Below are positions 61,900 through 64,000 of a stretch of DNA of 64,000 nt, one piece after another. Under the pieces are notes generated by a model. That model made no database searches. It was not told the DNA's origin and saw only the letters and a program-made list of their open reading frames with translations. A program made the translations under genes and the position numbers. How positions within the stretch are numbered: position 1 is the first letter of the stretch; each line of letters begins with the position of its first letter. Source of the DNA: Callorhinchus milii (Eukaryota); contig NW_024704743.1 of NCBI RefSeq assembly GCF_018977255.1, positions 79,176,001-79,240,000 on the forward strand, given 5' to 3'.

Positions 61900-64000
61900 C
61901 AGACAGGCACAAGTACACTGTATATCAGAGCATATAGAGACCATGGAGGACTTATAAGAAACTGGTAGTCATTTTGAGGAAGTCAAAAATCATTGGAGAT
62001 TACAGCAGACTGAAAACACGCATATTTTTTGTATACAAGAAGAGTGACAGACCTGTACCTGATAACTACAGACCCATCAGCCTAACCTAAATAATTGAAT
62101 TATGATAGTCACTAATCAAACAAACTGGAATCATATCTGTGTAAAAAAAATAATCTACCTATCACAGCCAGCATGACTTCAGAGGGTAGACTTATTATAT
62201 GACCAATGTCATAGACACTTAACAAATTGATATTCCAAATTGACAATGGAAAGCCACTTTCTCTAATTTACCAAGTTATTCAAAGGTCTTTGACAGAGTA
62301 CGACCAAGGACACAGCTTCACTAAATGTTAGTGGGTATCATTACTTAGTTGTAAATTATTAACCAGCTAAAAGAAAGAAAGCAGAGGATAATTGTAAGGG
62401 AACTTTTGGGGAGGCTCTAGTAGTCAAAATGGGTATTTTGGGGCCCCTTCCTATTCTTATTATGTATAAATGGCCTTAATTCACAGATGCAGTACAGGAT
62501 AGAAAAAAGTTCAGGTAACATCAAACCAGTAGAATTAGGAGACAGCAAAGATCTTACAAAGAGAGTGTATGCAACTTGGTTTATTATCGGCAAATAAAGT
62601 TGAATATTGGTAAATGCATGGTATTGCATTTTGGAAGTAAAAATAGGAGGCACTTGGATGGGATAGAGCTCGACTTGGGGAAGCTGCAGAAGATCTAAGG
62701 GTGTTGGTTAACTCAACATTCACCGTTTGTAAACCACGTCAGGCAATAATATTTATTCAAGGACAACCGTGAAGATTGAGGTGAGACGAAAGGTTGACAA
62801 TTCACAAGAACAGCATCTCGACAGTGCACTGCTCCCCCAGTATCACAAATGCCGGTCTGCCTAAATTAAGAGTTCAAGTACCGATAGACTTCAACCTCCA
62901 ATCTTTTGGCCCAGAGCAATATCAAACAATGATAATTAAATCTTTTAGTTCAGGATTATTGGTACAAGCGCTCCAAGACGCTACCCTGCGCGAAGGACGC
63001 TGTGTAAATGCAAGTTGTTATTGTACTGCTAAACCACATTGGTGCTCTGGTCATGCTATTTCTTGAATACTCTATTACATGTTCAGTTCACTGTGACAGG
63101 CTCTGGGGGCAGGGTAGAGCTCCTTAGAGGAAAGAGATTTGAGGAATGAATAAATAAAATAGGGCCTCTTTACCTTGAAAAGACCCCTTAGAGCTATAAA
63201 ATGCTTAAAGAGATCAAAAAATGAAATCTGGAACAATGTTTTCAAATCCGCCAAGGCAGTCTAACAAAAGGGCACAAGTTCAGGGATGTGAAAGGTAAAT
63301 TTAAGACTAACATTGTGAAGTATTTACTTACACAGAAGGTAACTCTGCCGCCCGCATTCTCACCTGCACGAAACTCCGCTCCCTGATCACCCCAGTCCTT
63401 GCCAGACTGCACTGGCTGCCTATCCCAGAGAGGATCGATTTCAAGATCCTCACCCTTGTATTCAAGTCGCTCCACTCCTCTGCACCCCCCCTACCTCTCT
63501 GACCTCCTCTCTCCTCAAAACCGTTGCCTTCGTTCCTCCGGGTCTGGCCTCCTCCTCATCCCCCGAGTCCTCCGCTCCACCCTCGGTGGCCGTGCCTTCA
63601 GCCACTATGCCCCGAGGCTCCGGGACTGCCTTCCTCACTCCCGTTGTCTCGCTCCCTCCCTTCCCATTTTCAGGTCTCTGCTGAAGACCTTTCTTTTCGA
63701 CCGCGCCTTTGGTCACCTTTTTCCCCCTCCCCCTGTCTCGGCCCCGGGTTCCGTTACTGTAAAGCGCTCTGAGACGCTGTCCGGCGTGGAGGGCGCTATA
63801 TAAATCCAAGTTGTTGTTGTTGTATTTAATAACTGAAACAAGTTACCAAATGTAGTAGTATAGACTAGAATATGGGAATATGGGATTTATTCAGCAAACC
63901 TTATGTCGTAATAAGAAGACTGTTCAGTTGGTAACTTGGAGGGATGTGTTCAAACATCATTTTTATTGAAGGGATTTCTTTATCCGAACCCATCTTGTGA
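61900..64000 (+). mobile_element. Very old CR1 RT/3' region interrupted by later insertions
   Basis: Degenerate NYRPISLT, SQHDFRG, LGPFLFL, DLRVLVNS motifs; 3' part resumes after the L2 at 63341-63822. Confidence 0.6.
63341..63822 (+). mobile_element. L2 3' fragment nested in an old CR1
   Basis: LHWLPIPERIDFKIL, GGRAFSHYAP, LLKTFLFD; (GTT)n tail. Confidence 0.92.

Noticed and set aside
1..64000. CRISPR array, operon, prophage or defence system
   Set aside because: Eukaryotic intron-exon DNA; no repeat-spacer array or intact non-transposon long ORFs

Overview
Vertebrate genomic DNA, almost certainly from a cartilaginous fish: the repeats are DeuSINE/SacSINE1-like SINEs, L2 and CR1 LINEs and a Penelope-like unit, and a holocephalan such as elephant shark is my unverified guess. 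The window lies inside one plus-strand gene, ASAP1. It holds 12 GT-AG coding exons (25118-61391; 1031 nt) that splice in frame and encode most of the BAR domain and most of the PH domain; the start and stop lie outside the window. I also found a 9-nt in-frame microexon (50208-50216, Ser-Arg-Arg) with neural-microexon cis-elements in the BAR-PH linker. The introns carry CR1 and L2 fragments, two generations of tRNA-derived SINEs, Tc1/mariner- and hAT-type non-autonomous elements, a short Penelope-like insertion with a CpG-decayed hammerhead ribozyme, an unclassified repeat family and a CA/GA minisatellite. Nearly all ORFs in the supplied track are transposon debris or chance. I see no prokaryote-type system. 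Repeat family names come from recalled consensus features, not a database search, and boundaries of old repeats are approximate.
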